A DNA stretch of 64,000 nucleotides from Chiloscyllium plagiosum (taxonomy: Eukaryota), in NCBI RefSeq assembly GCF_004010195.1, contig NW_025215380.1:108428-172427 (forward strand), given 5' to 3'. The notes below the pieces were generated by a model. It saw only the letters and a program-made list of their open reading frames with translations, had not been told where the DNA came from and made no database searches. Shown piece after piece: positions 12,197 through 25,334 of the stretch; within the stretch, counting starts at the first letter, position 1, and every line of letters starts with the position of its first letter. The translations under genes and the position numbers were made by a program.

Positions 12197-13059
12197 GTTT
12201 GTGAGTGACCCAGGAATAAACAGAAAGACAAGAGGTGACCCAGACTCTGTAGAGGGAAGGGCAGGTTCAACAAATGAGCCAAGACTTGGCAGATCAAATA
12301 TAATGTTGAGAATTGTGAGGTTTGGCAGGAAGAATAGAGGTGCTGAATATTTTTTAAATGGAGAAAGACTGCAGAAAGCCAAAGGATTTGGGAGTCCTTG
12401 TCTATGAATCTCATAAATCCAGTTCAGTGGGTCATAGAGAAGACAGATGGAATGTTGGCCTTTATTAAGGCGCATGGGTTTAAGGCAAAAGGGGTAAAAG
12501 TTAAAGGTGATGTGCGAGTTAAAGAAGGATCTGAAGAGGGTTTACACCCAAAATGTCAACTTCTCCACCTCCCGATGCTGCCTGGCCTGCTGTGTTCTTC
12601 CAGCTTCCTGCCTGTCTATTTTGGTAATGGAAGCAGATACGAGAGCAACGTTTAAGAAGCATTTAGGCAGACACATGAACAGGCAGGGAAAAGGACATTG
12701 TGCAGGCAGGCAATTTAGTTTAGAATGGCATCATGGCCAGTACAGACATGGTGGGCTGAGGGGCCTGACACTGTGCTGTACTGTTCTATCTTAAGTGTTC
12801 AAAGGGAATGGAATATAAAAAGAGGGAGGTTTCACTAAAACTGTACCAGCAACTGGGCAGGCCACAACTGTCAACAGTTTCGGGGCCCTGTATCTCAGGA
12901 AAGATAGACTGGTAATGGAGGCAGACCAGAGAAGGTTCACTCAGCCACTCCGAAATCTAGCTTTCAATTAAACCTGTCGGACTATAACCTAGTGTTGTAT
13001 GATTTTTAACTATGTACACCCCAGTCCAACACCGACATCTCCAAATCATGTCTGTACAT

Positions 13060-13325
13060 ATGTGTTTGTCATTGTCTGCATGTGTAGTTTTTATTGGTGT
13101 TTGCACAGGTTTTGTGTGACAGTCTGTGTTTTTGTATGTCTGTGTGTTTTTCTGTGTGCGTTTGAGACTGTGTGTCTCTGTGTGTTTTTGTGTATTTGTC
13201 TGTGCGTCTGTGTGTCTGTGCGTCTGTACATCTGTGTCTGTGTATTTCGTTTTTGTGTTTGCCTGAGTCTGAATGTGTGTTTTTGTCTGTCTGTTTGTGC
13301 GTTTTTGTGTTTATCTGTCTGTGTG
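13060..13325. repeat. Degenerate (TG)n/(TGTC)n microsatellite at gap edge
   Basis: Directly visible. Confidence 0.9.
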
Positions 13326-13578
13326 NNNNNNNNNNNNNNNNNNNNNNNNNNNNNNNNNNNNNNNNNNNNNNNNNNNNNNNNNNNNNNNNNNNNNNNNNNN
13401 NNNNNNNNNNNNNNNNNNNNNNNNNNNNNNNNNNNNNNNNNNNNNNNNNNNNNNNNNNNNNNNNNNNNNNNNNNNNNNNNNNNNNNNNNNNNNNNNNNNN
13501 NNNNNNNNNNNNNNNNNNNNNNNNNNNNNNNNNNNNNNNNNNNNNNNNNNNNNNNNNNNNNNNNNNTCCAACAAACAG

Positions 13579-13675
13579 TGCTGACAATGCTGAGAATGAG
13601 GATGGTTACATCAGATTATCGGGACAGAGAGATGCATCAGTGAACACAGAGCTGAAAATAGCAAGCAATCATTAG
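13579..13675 (+). CDS. Candidate terminal coding exon of the EEIG-like gene
   Basis: aaacag| acceptor; NEDGYIRLSGQRDAS resembles EEIG1 TEDSNLRLFVSRDGS; TAG at 13673-13675. It lies across an N-gap. Confidence 0.45.
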
Positions 13676-16184
13676 GAAGGGACAGAAGGACATTCCAAAT
13701 GGGCAGACCCAAAACCACTGACAGAAAAGCATAGTTTCACATCACGGAACAATTTCAAAACACTCCAAACCCAGTGTATTACTTTCCTTTTAAGCAGCAA
13801 CAATATCGGCTGTGGGGGCAGCTAACTTGTGCACAGTAAGATCCCACAAACAGCCCTGTGTTAATGTGATTGCCTGTTCCTTTGTGAAGTTGAATTGGGG
13901 TAATATTGGTCAGGACGTGAAGGAGAATTCCCCGAAAGAGTGGCCAAAGGAAGTTTTCCATCACCCAGGACCTCAGGTTAACATCTCACCGTTAAGGTGG
14001 GCCCTCCTGCAGCCCAACATTCCTCCGGTATTCCAGTTTGAATGTAAGCATTCATGGCTCAACAACATTGTAGCTAACTGAGCCACGCCAGACGCTCAGA
14101 GAGACACAGTTTAGAGAGGGTTCGTGGACTGCAGCCATTCCAAAAAGCAGCTCATTGCCATCTTCTCCAGGGGCAATAGGAGATGGGTGATAAATACTGT
14201 CTTGTCTAACGTCCCCCATAACCCCCAGGTGAATAATCTATAAAAACAAATGCTACAGAGGATAAATGGAATGATTGAAGTGGTGAAAACGTTTCAGTTA
14301 AAAAGTCACAGCCTGGAAGGTTAACTCTGTTTTCTCCCCAAGATGCTGAGTATTTCCAGCACGTCTCTGCCTTATTTTAAAATTTCTGATCTATTTTGTG
14401 TCCAGTGTTCATTCTTGACATTCTTCTTGACCTTTTCTTTTGCTATGCTGAACGGTCCAAATATTTCTAGTGTTCAGACATCAGCAGCAATGTGCAAAGG
14501 ACATCCCAGAACACTTGAAAGAATTGAATGTGATTTGAAGCCAAACGACACAAGGTCACATTGAAACACATAACCGCGTTTGAGCCCATCCCTGAAGCCA
14601 TGATATGTCACTGTGATCTACTGTGACCACCACCTACCCGTGACACTTCTGTTGGGCCCCATTACATAAGGACAAGATGTGGGTCAGGCAACCAGCATTT
14701 ATTACAGCACCAGGTAAATTACATGTGTGCATTGCAATCACAGGCTCTTGTGTGGGCTCAGACTGAGCAATTCCGGTGGACTGTAGCGCACTCCTCTCAG
14801 AGTCTCATGCTGCAAAAGGTCAGAGCTCAGTAGGATGATGACCAAAAGCTTTATGCTATTCGATCACAATTCAAGACATGGCCATGATTATGGCCTCTAA
14901 GGCATATTGCACATCTGCAAGAGACGTAACACAAAAGAAGAGATTTGGTTTAAAGGAGAAAAGGGAGAGAGAGAGATTTGGAGATTGAACTTCACAGTAT
15001 AAGGTCTTGGTAGCAGCTGCCAAAATTGGGCTGAACAAAACACAGAATGCTCAAGAGAGTAAACCAGAGGCGCTGAGAATCAGAGGGACACAGGACTTCG
15101 GGACACCATTCAAGATCCTGGCTGCTCTGGCTGTATCCTTAGCCACACTGACCCCCTTAACCTTAAGCTCCCTCCTTGTAAAACACTTATTCAAATTTAA
15201 AGAAATAGACAATTTCCACTAATCCACTGGGGAAGAGAATTCCACACTCCAAAGACCCTCTGAGGTCAAACAAAACTCCCCATCTCCGTCTTTAAAAAAA
15301 ATTTCTAATTCTTAAACAGTGCCCCTTTGCTTCAATCTCCTCCACAGCAGGAGGCATCGCAACACCCTCGGAAGGTTATACCACTTGGATAAGATCAGCT
15401 CTCATCCCGCTAAGCTCCAGCAGATACAGGTCCAACCTGTCCAACCTTTCTTCATAAGTCTTTCATCCCAGGAATGAGTCAAGTGAACTTTCCTTGAACT
15501 GTTTCCAGAGCAATCATTCTCAACTAGCATGAATATCCTGGAGAGCGGGAGGAACGTCACGAGAAAATGACAGGGTGAGGGTACATCAGCAAATTTAATG
15601 ACTAGTCTTAAACTGAGAAACAAAACAGCCAGTAGAGAAGAGTGGTGATTTCAACTGTAACATTCTCGCAATTTTGCGTTGTTTTCTGTATAAAGTGGGG
15701 GTGATAACAGTACTGAATAAACATGTAACTTTATCCAAAAGTGGGGAATTGTCCTTCAAGGGAATGCAGAATAGAGGGAATGGTTTTCGGAAAGTGATTC
15801 CATTGTCTTTACAAGTTTGTGAGGCCTCTGCAGAATATTGCTTCCTCTTTCGTTGCCACCTTTGTCCAAAATGGCTTCAGCTGGCAATGATCAAAGAATC
15901 ACAGCAAATTATGACCCAGAAGGAGACCTTTCGGCCCATTGTGCTGGCACTGGCCCTTTGAAACAACTGCCATCACCCCCTGCCAATCTCTCTTGTCGCC
16001 CTATCCCTGTGCCCCATTGCCAACCCAATACCCACACATTACACTCTGGATTGTCTTCCATTGCATATGCATTGCAGACCCTAGATACTGACTGTGTGAA
16101 AATGTTTGGTTTTGCTTGACACTCAATTGCAGAAGTCAAGCCACCGTTTAGCCACACTAGCAGTGATTGTCATTGGCAGTGATA

Positions 16185-16357
16185 CAGGTTTATTTGGAAG
16201 CACTACCTTTCAGAATGCTGCTCCTTCATTAAATGGTTGATGAAGGAGCGGCGCTCTGAAAGCTAGTGCTTCCAAATAAACCTGTTGGACCACAATCTGG
16301 TGTTGTGTGGTTTTTAACTTTGTCCACCCCAGTCCAACACTAGCTCCTCCAAGTCAT
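16185..16357. mobile_element. Palindromic Penelope-derived mini-element (family A)
   Basis: Same inverted arms as 7785-8015; TTGATGAAGGAGC..GCTCTGAAAGCTAGTG core. Confidence 0.65.
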
Positions 16358-16621
16358 TGACACTGATGTTCATGTACCTAATTCACTTCTCTGGGAAGGA
16401 CGATGTCCCCCTCTGCTGGCTGCAGTGTAGCATGACATGGACTGCCAAATCAACCCATTGGTGACCCTTACAGTGACAGGGAGGGTTTATTTGTTTGACA
16501 TCCTTGCAACGTTACCTAACGTCCTGAAGTGCCCTGCAGCCAATCGGGCCATTTGGAAGTGAGGTTGCTATTCCAAATCTGCAAGGTCTCCCAGATTTGA
16601 CCCTCCATTAACTAGGGCTCT

Positions 16622-16694
16622 GAGGGATTAGCTCAACTGATAGAGCGCTCGTTTTGCATGTGCAAGGTAGTGGGATCAGTGCCCGTATTGTTCA
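16622..16694 (+). pseudogene. tRNA-Ala (TGC-like anticodon) pseudogene
   Basis: GAGGGATTAGCTCAACTGATAGAGCGCTCGTTTTGCATGTGCAAGGTAGTGGGATCAGTGCCCGTATTGTTCA is colinear with vertebrate tRNA-Ala (GGGGGATTAGCTCAAATGGTAGAGCGCTCGC...GGGATCGATGCCCGCATCCTCCA); stems and B box are damaged. Confidence 0.8.
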
Positions 16695-16701
16695 CTCCCT
16701 T

Positions 16702-16965
16702 GGCGCAGCACCAGGGAGCCAGGTTCGATTCCAGCCTCAGGCAACTGTCTATGTGGAGTTTCCTCCGGATGCTCTGGTTTCCTCCCACAGTCCACAGATG
16801 TGCAGGTCAGGGAATTGGCCATGCTAAATTGCCCGTAGTGTTAGGTGCATTCGTCAGGGGTAAATATAGGGTAGTGGAATGGGTCTGGATGGGTTACTCT
16901 TCGGAGGATCAGTGTGGACTTGTTGGGCCGAAGGGCCTGTTTCCGTACTGCAGGGAATCTAATCT
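16702..16965 (+). mobile_element. HE1-type SINE, 5'-truncated
   Basis: B box GGTTCGATTCC, core and tail. Confidence 0.8.
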
Positions 16966-18293
16966 AGGGCTCATCCAAAAGTCCCGTCCCACTGTCACCA
17001 ATAACCTAGACTGCCTCCCAGTAAGGGCATGTCTTCATTGGAAAGTTCTCATACTCGTTTTTAAATCCCTTCATGGCCCTCAGCCCTCTCTAACCTCCTC
17101 CACCACCCCCAAGCTTGCACTCTACGGATTCTGGCTTCTTGCTATCCATGATTGTAACCAGTCCAAAGTAGCTGGCTATGTTCTACATTACCTGAGCCCA
17201 AAGCTCTGGAGGTGAATTAATTATAAAGTACATTTGAAAAATACAAATGTACATTTCACTCGATAAGGTTTTGTTGGGTAAGGTTATCTGTGGACAAAAA
17301 GTGAAGATACACATCAACCGTGGTCTACCTCAGGGGCAGTACAAGCTCAGGGGGCCGAGTGGCCTGCTCCCGTTGAACACTTAGGACTTCACAGGAAGGA
17401 CTGTAAAGTTAGACACCTTATTTATTCATTTTTCTGCTTTTATATTCTTTGTTTTGGTTTATTTTTCCATGTTTTAAGATGGCACCAGAGAATGGTGAGA
17501 CTATACCACACTTTCTCATTGTATTTTGTAACAGGATATAGGTGACAATAAATGAGTCAAACTACATCAACTTTACAAATGAGGCCTTTTTTTCAAAATT
17601 TACCTTGTGGAAATGTGTGAAATATAGGATAACCCCACCTCGATTTGAATTCCTGTGAATAATAATTTGTAATAATGTTCCCTTAAATTCTACAACTCTT
17701 TGCTCATCATGAAAGTCTGGTCTCTTTGGGAGAGCTATTACATTTTTCCGAATCCGCTGTCTTCGACCCAAATTTGTTAGGATCCCACAGAAAAAAGAGA
17801 ACACTGTTTTTGCAGGCAAAGTGGGTCAAAATGTTTATTGGTGGTTAAATATGTTCTTACAATTTCATAGAACAGAATTATAAATAAACCATAATGGGGT
17901 AAAAGCACTATGATAATGAAGCCAGATTAGCAAGTTCTCGGGGAATCCTTTAGCACTAAAGAATAAGGACAAGAGAAAGGGCCTTATCTTATGAGAGAGT
18001 GGACTAACTTTGAAATGATGCTCAGCTCTCAGCAATGATCTCAGAGTTGTTCAAAATCTAAATCTCTGTCCTCTCAAAACTGAATCCTGGCATCAATCAC
18101 TCCATCAATAAGGTGGACAGAAAGCAATGCATATCAACTGTGGTCGACCCCAATGACAGAACTAGTTGGAGGGGCTGAATGGCCTCCTCCTGTTGAACAT
18201 CCTTGTGGTTTTGAACAACATTGGCCAGGCATTTTGCATATCGGAGTCAAGATTAGAGTGGTGCTGGAAAAGCACAGCAGGTCAGGCAGCATC

Positions 18294-18649
18294 CAAGAAG
18301 CAGGAAAAATCAATGTTTCGGGCAATAGCTCTTCATCAGGAATGATCGCGAAACGTCGATTTTTCCTGCTCCTCGGATGCTGCCTGACCTGCTGTGCTTT
18401 TCCAGCACCACTGTAATCTTGACTCTAGTCTCCAGTATCTGCAGTACCCACTTCTGCCTTCTGCTGTTCCGCAAGGAGCAGGAAAAATCAATGTTTCGGG
18501 CAATAGCTCTTCATCAGGAATGATCGCGAAGCGTCGATTTTTCCTGCTCCTTGGATGCTGCCTGACCTGCTGTGCTTTTCCAGCACCACTGTAATCTTGA
18601 CTCTAGTCTCCAGTATCTGCAGTACCCACTTCTGCCTTCTGCTGTTCCG
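18294..18649. repeat. 178-bp direct tandem duplication within a palindromic Penelope-derived mini-element (family B)
   Basis: Units 18294-18471 and 18472-18649 are nearly identical. Confidence 0.9.
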
Positions 18650-18679
18650 AGTTGGGCTGGAAACCTGCCTATTGTACGA

Positions 18680-19100
18680 AGATTAACTTGTAACTCCGAC
18701 TCAACCTGGAGAGAGACAGTGCAGTTGTGTCAAAGGGAAATCATGTTTAACCAATTTGCTGGCGTCCTTTGAAGCTGTATCATGTGCCTGGATGAAAGGC
18801 GACCCGTAGAAGTACTGTATTTGGATTTCCAGCAGGCATTTGAGAAGGTGTCGCTGGGGAGTCGTGGGAAACGGAAGCTCAAGGTGTAGCACGAATAGAG
18901 GACTGGTCGGCCGTAGAAAATGGAGAGTATGTCTAAATGGGTCTTTGTCTGATTGGACAGGTGTGACATGTGGGGTCTGTGCTTTATGTTTCCAGATGAC
19001 AATGTTTTGCAACTTACATCAGTACCTTAGCTGAGGGAGAGCAAAGGTGTGGTAGTGAAATTCACAGGTGACACCAAGATAGGTCAGAAAGTATCTTGTT
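18680..19100 (+). mobile_element. Old CR1-type RT fragment
   Basis: Remnants of KGKSCLTNLL, YLDFQQAFEK, KFTGDTKIG. Confidence 0.65.
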
Positions 19101-22100
19101 GTGGGTGGTGGGGGTAGAGGTAGGGGTGGGGGCTGATGTTTTAACTTGGAATTATTCCTCCCTCAGTGACTGATCAGGCAACAAGTGGGTGGTACATAGC
19201 CCACCAGTCCCAAGAAATTAAGGGTGGGGAAGGTGGAGGGGAGTGAGGAGGTTTTAGATGGAGGAACAGCTTCTGTGAGGGTGAAGTAGACCAGGAGCAG
19301 AGAGGAAAGGCCAGGCGCTTCGGGGCTAAACATGCAGAAGTGATTGTCATGTCCTCAGTAGAAGGAGGAGCTTATCTCTCACCATGGCTCATGTGTATTC
19401 GGGTCCGACCATTCAGGAGAGAGATCAGGAAGCACTCCCACTCACAAAGTGGGATAGAGATTTAAAACCCGCTCCCACATTTGGCAGTGGGTGCTGGATC
19501 AGATGTTAATCTTAAACCTGAGACGGTTAAATCTCTGTTAAGCAAGGATTTGAGGGGGATATGGGCAAACACAGGTAGATGGAGTTAGGCCACAGATTGA
19601 CCATGGATGGCAGAACAGGCTCAAGGGGCTGAATGGCCTCCTCCTGGGTTTCTTTATATCCATTCCGTTACTCGGTGTCTGAACAAATGACCTGGAGATT
19701 GATTTTAACAACTCAGCCGTCTTTTCAAGTTGATGCATGACCGGACTTTCCAATGTGGTTTGTGGTTTGGAGGAGCTGGAACACATCAGCTGCACTTGGT
19801 TTCCTGCCCGTCAACTCCCCGTGTGGCTGATGAAGGAGCTGTGCTGAGTTTGACCTCTCCCCTGTGGAGACACGTCTCTGTTGTCTCTACCCAGAAGCGT
19901 TACCACACGCAACTGAGGGACCTGTCCGCCACCAGGATCACCCAGACCTTCCCCTTTAATGCTTTTTTTTCCACGCCATTAACTGCTGCCAGTGACCACC
20001 CATGCAGCCAATCAAGTATTTCCAAGCAAAGCCCATGTTGGGGAAAGCGAATGTGAGGAAGAAGTGGGCTAAATCGAAATGGAGTTGGAGAGGGGAGATC
20101 AAGCACTGTATCCCCAATGATGCCCACCTCTCTCTCTCTCTCTCTCTAGAGGCATCCTTTGAGACACAAACTGCCCTCAGAAGGCATGTTCCTCCTGCCA
20201 ACAAGCAATGGTCATACCCTGGTCCCAGATTATAATCTGACTGAGGACCCCCTTCCCTCTGCAGGTCAAGAAAATGCTTGTGGTAGTTACAAACGGTTTC
20301 ATAGTTGTATGTGACAGGACCAGTGATAAAAAAATGAGATTGATGTGTGTTTGTGGAATCCAATGTGACACACAATCATGCAGATTCCCTCCTCCCACTT
20401 CCACCCATACTCCCAGGATGCTTCATTGGTTGCCACAGGCTTTAAGACATCAAGAGCTATAATGCGATGACTCCTGTCTGAATAAATGTCTTTTTTTAAA
20501 TTCACATCTGCATTGTAAAGTTGCCCAATTCGTCCTGCTCATCAGCTGCTCAAGTTTTCATCCATGCGTTTGTTACTGTGAAATGGAACTGGTCATGCCA
20601 CCCACGGCCTACATCCGGTCTCAGACAAACCCAGCAGCCCCTCTTCCCTGTTCTTGCTGACAGACATTGCTGCAGCACCTTGTCCAGCTAAGCCCCTACC
20701 GCAGTATTGTCCACTCTCGCTCCCGAATCCCTCCGTGGCCTCACCCCTCCCAAACTCAGGCATCTCCTCCAGTCTCCAAGCCCTCTGTAACCCCCTGATT
20801 CTGACCTTGTCAGCGGCCCACCCCATCCCTGATGGCTTAAACTGCTGCACCCAAGATAGCCATGCAGTCAGCCCTCTGCGACCCTCAGCTCCAAACTCTC
20901 CTCCCTACACCTCGGGCCCTATCTCCCCCAAACCCCCTTCCTCCTGGAAACACGTTCCCTCGACTCAGCTTTCAGTTACCCTTCCTGACCAGGGTAAAGT
21001 ATCAGATTTCATTCAATAGCTGCGCAGGAGACAAAAACACTTTGGAGTATACTACTGCACCGAATGTGCTATATAAATACAGAGTTGTTGTTAGAGTTCA
21101 GATTCCGACTATGTCAAGCATCGCTCATTCCAATGAGCCGGGGTGGGGGGAGGTCATCATGTGACTTTAATTACATAGATATGATACCCAGGGAAGGGCA
21201 TTGTTTAATTAAGTACTTAGAACACTTATTAAGAGAGACTGCTGATTCTATTTTGATTTAATTCCTACTATCCCCCTTCCCTTTTCTGTTTCACATGGGC
21301 ACTGCCCCCCATGGGGCTCAGCTTGTCACTGGTTCCTTGCGTGTTTCTCCTGGTGATGGAATATTCATACATTTATTTACACCTGGTGTTCATGTTGTGN
21401 NNNNNNNNNNNNNNNNNNNNNNNNNNNNNNNNNNNNNNNNNNNNNNNNNNNNNNNNNNNNNNNNNNNNNNNNNNNNNNNNNNNNNNNNNNNNNNNNNNNN
21501 NNNNNNNNNNNNNNNNNNNNNNNNNNNNNNNNNNNNNNNNNNNNNNNNNNNNNNNNNNNNNNNNNNNNNNNNNNNNNNNNNNNNNNNNNNNNNNNNNNNN
21601 NNNNNNNNNNNNNNNNNNNNNNNNNNNNNNNNNNNNNNNNNNNNNNNNNNNNNNNNNNNNNNNNNNNNNNNNNNNNNNNNNNNNNNNNNNNNNNNNNNNN
21701 NNNNTAGTAGTGTAGGGGTGTAACACATAATATATAAATAGGGGAATTAGAAAAAAATGTATAACCAGGAGAGTAGAATCTCCAGAAAAAAACATATAAC
21801 CAGAAGATTAGAATCTCCCCAGTTGAGAAAAAGAAGATTAAGTATTTAGAGCACTTATAAAGAGAGACCGCTAATTTTATTTCGATTGAATCCCTACCCA
21901 CCCCTTCCACTTCTCTCTCATGTAAGCATTGCCCCTACCAGGCCTTCTTGTTACTGGTTCACCGGCCAGATGGGTGGTGGTGTGGAAATATTGAAAAAGG
22001 TTCTTCCCCAATGGTGTCGTTTTTACTCAGTCACTGAGACACACAAGTGCAGGTGATGGCGGCTCTAACGCCAGCACTACAGCGATAGTGTGGGGTATGA

Positions 22101-22759
22101 GAAAAATGAAACAGATATATAAAGCAAGACCATGGAGAGATCCAGGCAGATCGGAGGACCTTCCCGCAGCTCTGCTCCAGAGGACCTGACCAAGGTACAC
22201 TCTTACACGAAGGGATCCAGTAAGGGGGAGAGTCATTGAGAGGGTTGTGATACTCCATGTTACATCAGAAAAGAGCACACAAAGTCTTACTTCAGACCTT
22301 CCATGACCAGCCAGCAAGGGGTGGGTGGGGGGGGGGGGGGGGGGGGGGTTGACTGGGAGTGGGCTATATTGTCTAATTGGCACCTTTTCTTTCGGAATGC
22401 CCCTTCATGTTGCTGCATGCTGGTTGAGTAAAGGTTGGTTCAATCAATGGGGTACAATGACAGAGAGTAGGACGCCCCATGGATCTGTGGCCAGGGGCTG
22501 ACCAAGGTGACCATTAGCAGGGGGCTCCAGAAGGGGGCAGTATTACCTTACCTTCCATCTCTCTCTTCTATCCAATTCTGGGTGATCCTGGAAAGGGAGT
22601 GTGCAGTGTATCACGTTGGACAGTCCACCAGCACAACCACGCAGGAGCTCAAGTGAAGAATCACCTGACAAAACCAAATTACAATCCACATCTCCAAATG
22701 TCATTTGGGGCTTTGTCCTTTGTTGCAATACCCCTTTAATGGGCTTGTTATCGGCTCAT

Positions 22760-23140
22760 ATAGCATGTCCAACTCGTCCGTGCCAACCCAATATCCTCAA
22801 TTATTCTAGACCCATTTGCCAGCCCTTGGCCCATATCCCCCTAAACCCTTCCTATCCATATACCCATCCAGATGCTTTTTAAATGCTGTAATTGTACCAG
22901 CCTCCACCACTTCCTCTGGCAGCTCATTCCATACACGTACCACCCTCTGCGTGAAAAAGTTGCCCCTTAGGTCTCTTTTAAATCTCTCCCCTTCACACTA
23001 AACCTATGCCCTCTGGTTTTGGACTCTTCCATCCCAGGGAGAAGACCTGCCTATTCACCCTATCCATGCCTCTCATGATTTTTTAAACCTCTATAAGGTG
23101 ACCCCTCAGCCTCCAGTGCTCCAGGGAAAACAGCCAAGGT
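22760..23140 (-). mobile_element. CR1/HER1-type LINE 3' end
   Basis: Same 3' sequence as 10635-11015. Confidence 0.85.
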
Positions 23141-23619
23141 TTACTTGTTCATTAGGATTAAGTTAGTTGAATCAGTTGTTTTTAAATTCATTCATAGGAT
23201 ATGGGCATATTGTCCATCCCTAATCGACCAGAGGGCAGTTAGGAGTCAACCCCATCGCTGTGGGTCTGGAGTCACATGTAGGCCAGACCAGGTAAGGATA
23301 GCAGTGTCCTTCCCTAAAGGGCATCAGTGAACCAGGTGGGGTTTTCACCTGACAATCGGAAATGAGTCCATGGTTATCATTAGACACTTATTTTCAGATT
23401 ATTGTTGATTCCAAAGTCCACAGCAGGATTTGAACACAGGTTCACAGAACATTACCTGAGTCTCTGCATTAATAGTCTAGAGGTGATACCATTAAGTTAG
23501 CACAGCCCCATAGGCAATATGGATTATAAGCAAACCACAGCATAAAGAGGGACATGGTGTTGTTAGATGGGAGGCAAGCAGATGTAATGCTGCATTCTAT
23601 AAGAAATAGAGTCTTCTCC

Positions 23620-24165
23620 AGGGTGGGGGTGGGGAGAAAGTAGCATAGAGTACAATAGGTGAGTGGGGGAGGGGATGAAGGTGATAGGTCAGGGAGGAGA
23701 GGGTGGAGTGGATAGGTGGAAAAGGAGATAGGCAGGTCGGACAAGTCCGGACAAGTCAAGGGGACAGTGTGGAGCTGGAGGTTTGAAACTAGGGTGAGGT
23801 GGGGGAAGGGGAAATGAGGAAGACTGTTGAAGTCCATATTGATGCCCTGGGGTTGAAGTGTTCAGAGGTAGAAGATGAGACGTTCTTCCTCCAGGCGTCT
23901 GGTGGTGAGGCAGCGGGGTGAAGGAGGCCCAGGACCTCCATGTCCTCGGCAGAGTGGGAGGGGGAGTTGAAATGTTGGGCCACGGGGCGGTTTGGTCGAT
24001 TGGTGCGGGTGCCCCACCCCCACCCTCCTCTAGCTTATCTCTCCACCCTTCAGGCTCTCTGCCTTTATTCCTGATGAAGGGCTTTTGCCCGAAACGTCGG
24101 TTTTGCTGCTCGTCGGATGCTGCCTGAACTGCTGTGCTCTTCCAGCACCACTGATCCAGAATTCA
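23620..24165 (-). mobile_element. Penelope-like element 3' fragment with inverted terminal piece
   Basis: AQHFNSPSHSAEDMEVLGLLH (GIY-YIG C-terminal part); intact hammerhead-like core on + at 24071-24098. Confidence 0.8.
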
Positions 24166-24387
24166 CATGCCTGTGCTGATTTGGCATGTTGCTTGGGATC
24201 CGTTTAACCACTTAAAGTCAACGTGTTGTTCAGAAATGGAATTCAAAAGGAAGCAAAACATAACCAGATGTAAGGGTGTTGAAGAGGGAGCCAGAGGAGC
24301 TGGAATTCAGCGGAGACCTTTCCAATGGGCTAGCAGAGGTACAAAGGGTCGAACAGTCTACAATCTCTGCGATATCGTTCCAATACT

Positions 24388-24701
24388 TCACGATTTATGG
24401 CCAAGTGAAAGGAAATTCAGTGAGTGGTTAAGTCCTCTATCGATCAGACATGCCCTTCGATAGACCATCATAATTCCCAGGAAAGTCAAGAGCTTCCCAC
24501 AGATAAGTGAGACCGCAGAATAGACAATAAATGCTGGCATCTTGTTGGGAGACCATGGACTGGGACTAGGGTTATCTCCTATACTCTCATCGTCAAAGCC
24601 CGATCCCAACTCAGAAAAATCAGCGCTTAGCTCTGAATCTGCGTCGTCGGTCGTTAATCCTGAAGATGGATCTTCAAAATCCGTGGACCAGGAGCACGCC
24701 C
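24388..24701 (-). CDS. Exon 2 (last coding exon) of a predicted small type I membrane protein
   Basis: Acceptor ctctacctttaaag|GG (phase 1); open frame GACSWSTDFEDPSSGLTTDDADSELSADFSELGSGFDDESIGDNPSPSPWSPNKMPAFIVYSAVSLICGKLLTFLGIMMVYRRACLIDRGLNHSLNFLSLGHKS*. Confidence 0.65.
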
Positions 24702-25334
24702 CTTTAAAGGTAGAGGTTTTTGAGAGTGAATTTCAGACTTAAATCTCACAGAGTAGTGGACTGTTCACTTCAGAACTCACATTGACAATCTCCACGGCCT
24801 AACTCCAGCCATGTTCAGTGGTCCAAAACAGAGAACAACCATGGAACAACAATGAGGAATTTCCTCAGTCGCACTCCCTGTTGTCATGACAATGGATCAT
24901 ATCCCCGGATTACCGGTGGGGAAATTGAACTTTTAATTGCAACATGGGTTTTTTTTTTTAGGAGAGACCACAGTATAACTGTTGATGTAACTTCAGTGAC
25001 CTTCTAGCAAAGCTTTGGAAAGAATCATAGGATATCACACCGGAAGGAACCGAGGCACTTTCAAGAGGAGAAATGTAATTCAAAACAAATTAGGTATGAT
25101 CTCCAGTGATTTTCTCTTCAGAAACATGATCAGCCCCTCTCTGTAGCCATCTCCTGTGGCTTATGTCCCCATCTATAATCATTAACTTTCCAGTAATATG
25201 CAACAAAAAGGCTTAAAATCCAACTGTATCTTGTGGTTTGGGAATATTAGAGGGCTGATCAGACAATATAGGCTAGTGCCCTGTGACAATCACAACTTGA
25301 GTACAGCCAGGGGACATGCCTACATTGTAAATAA

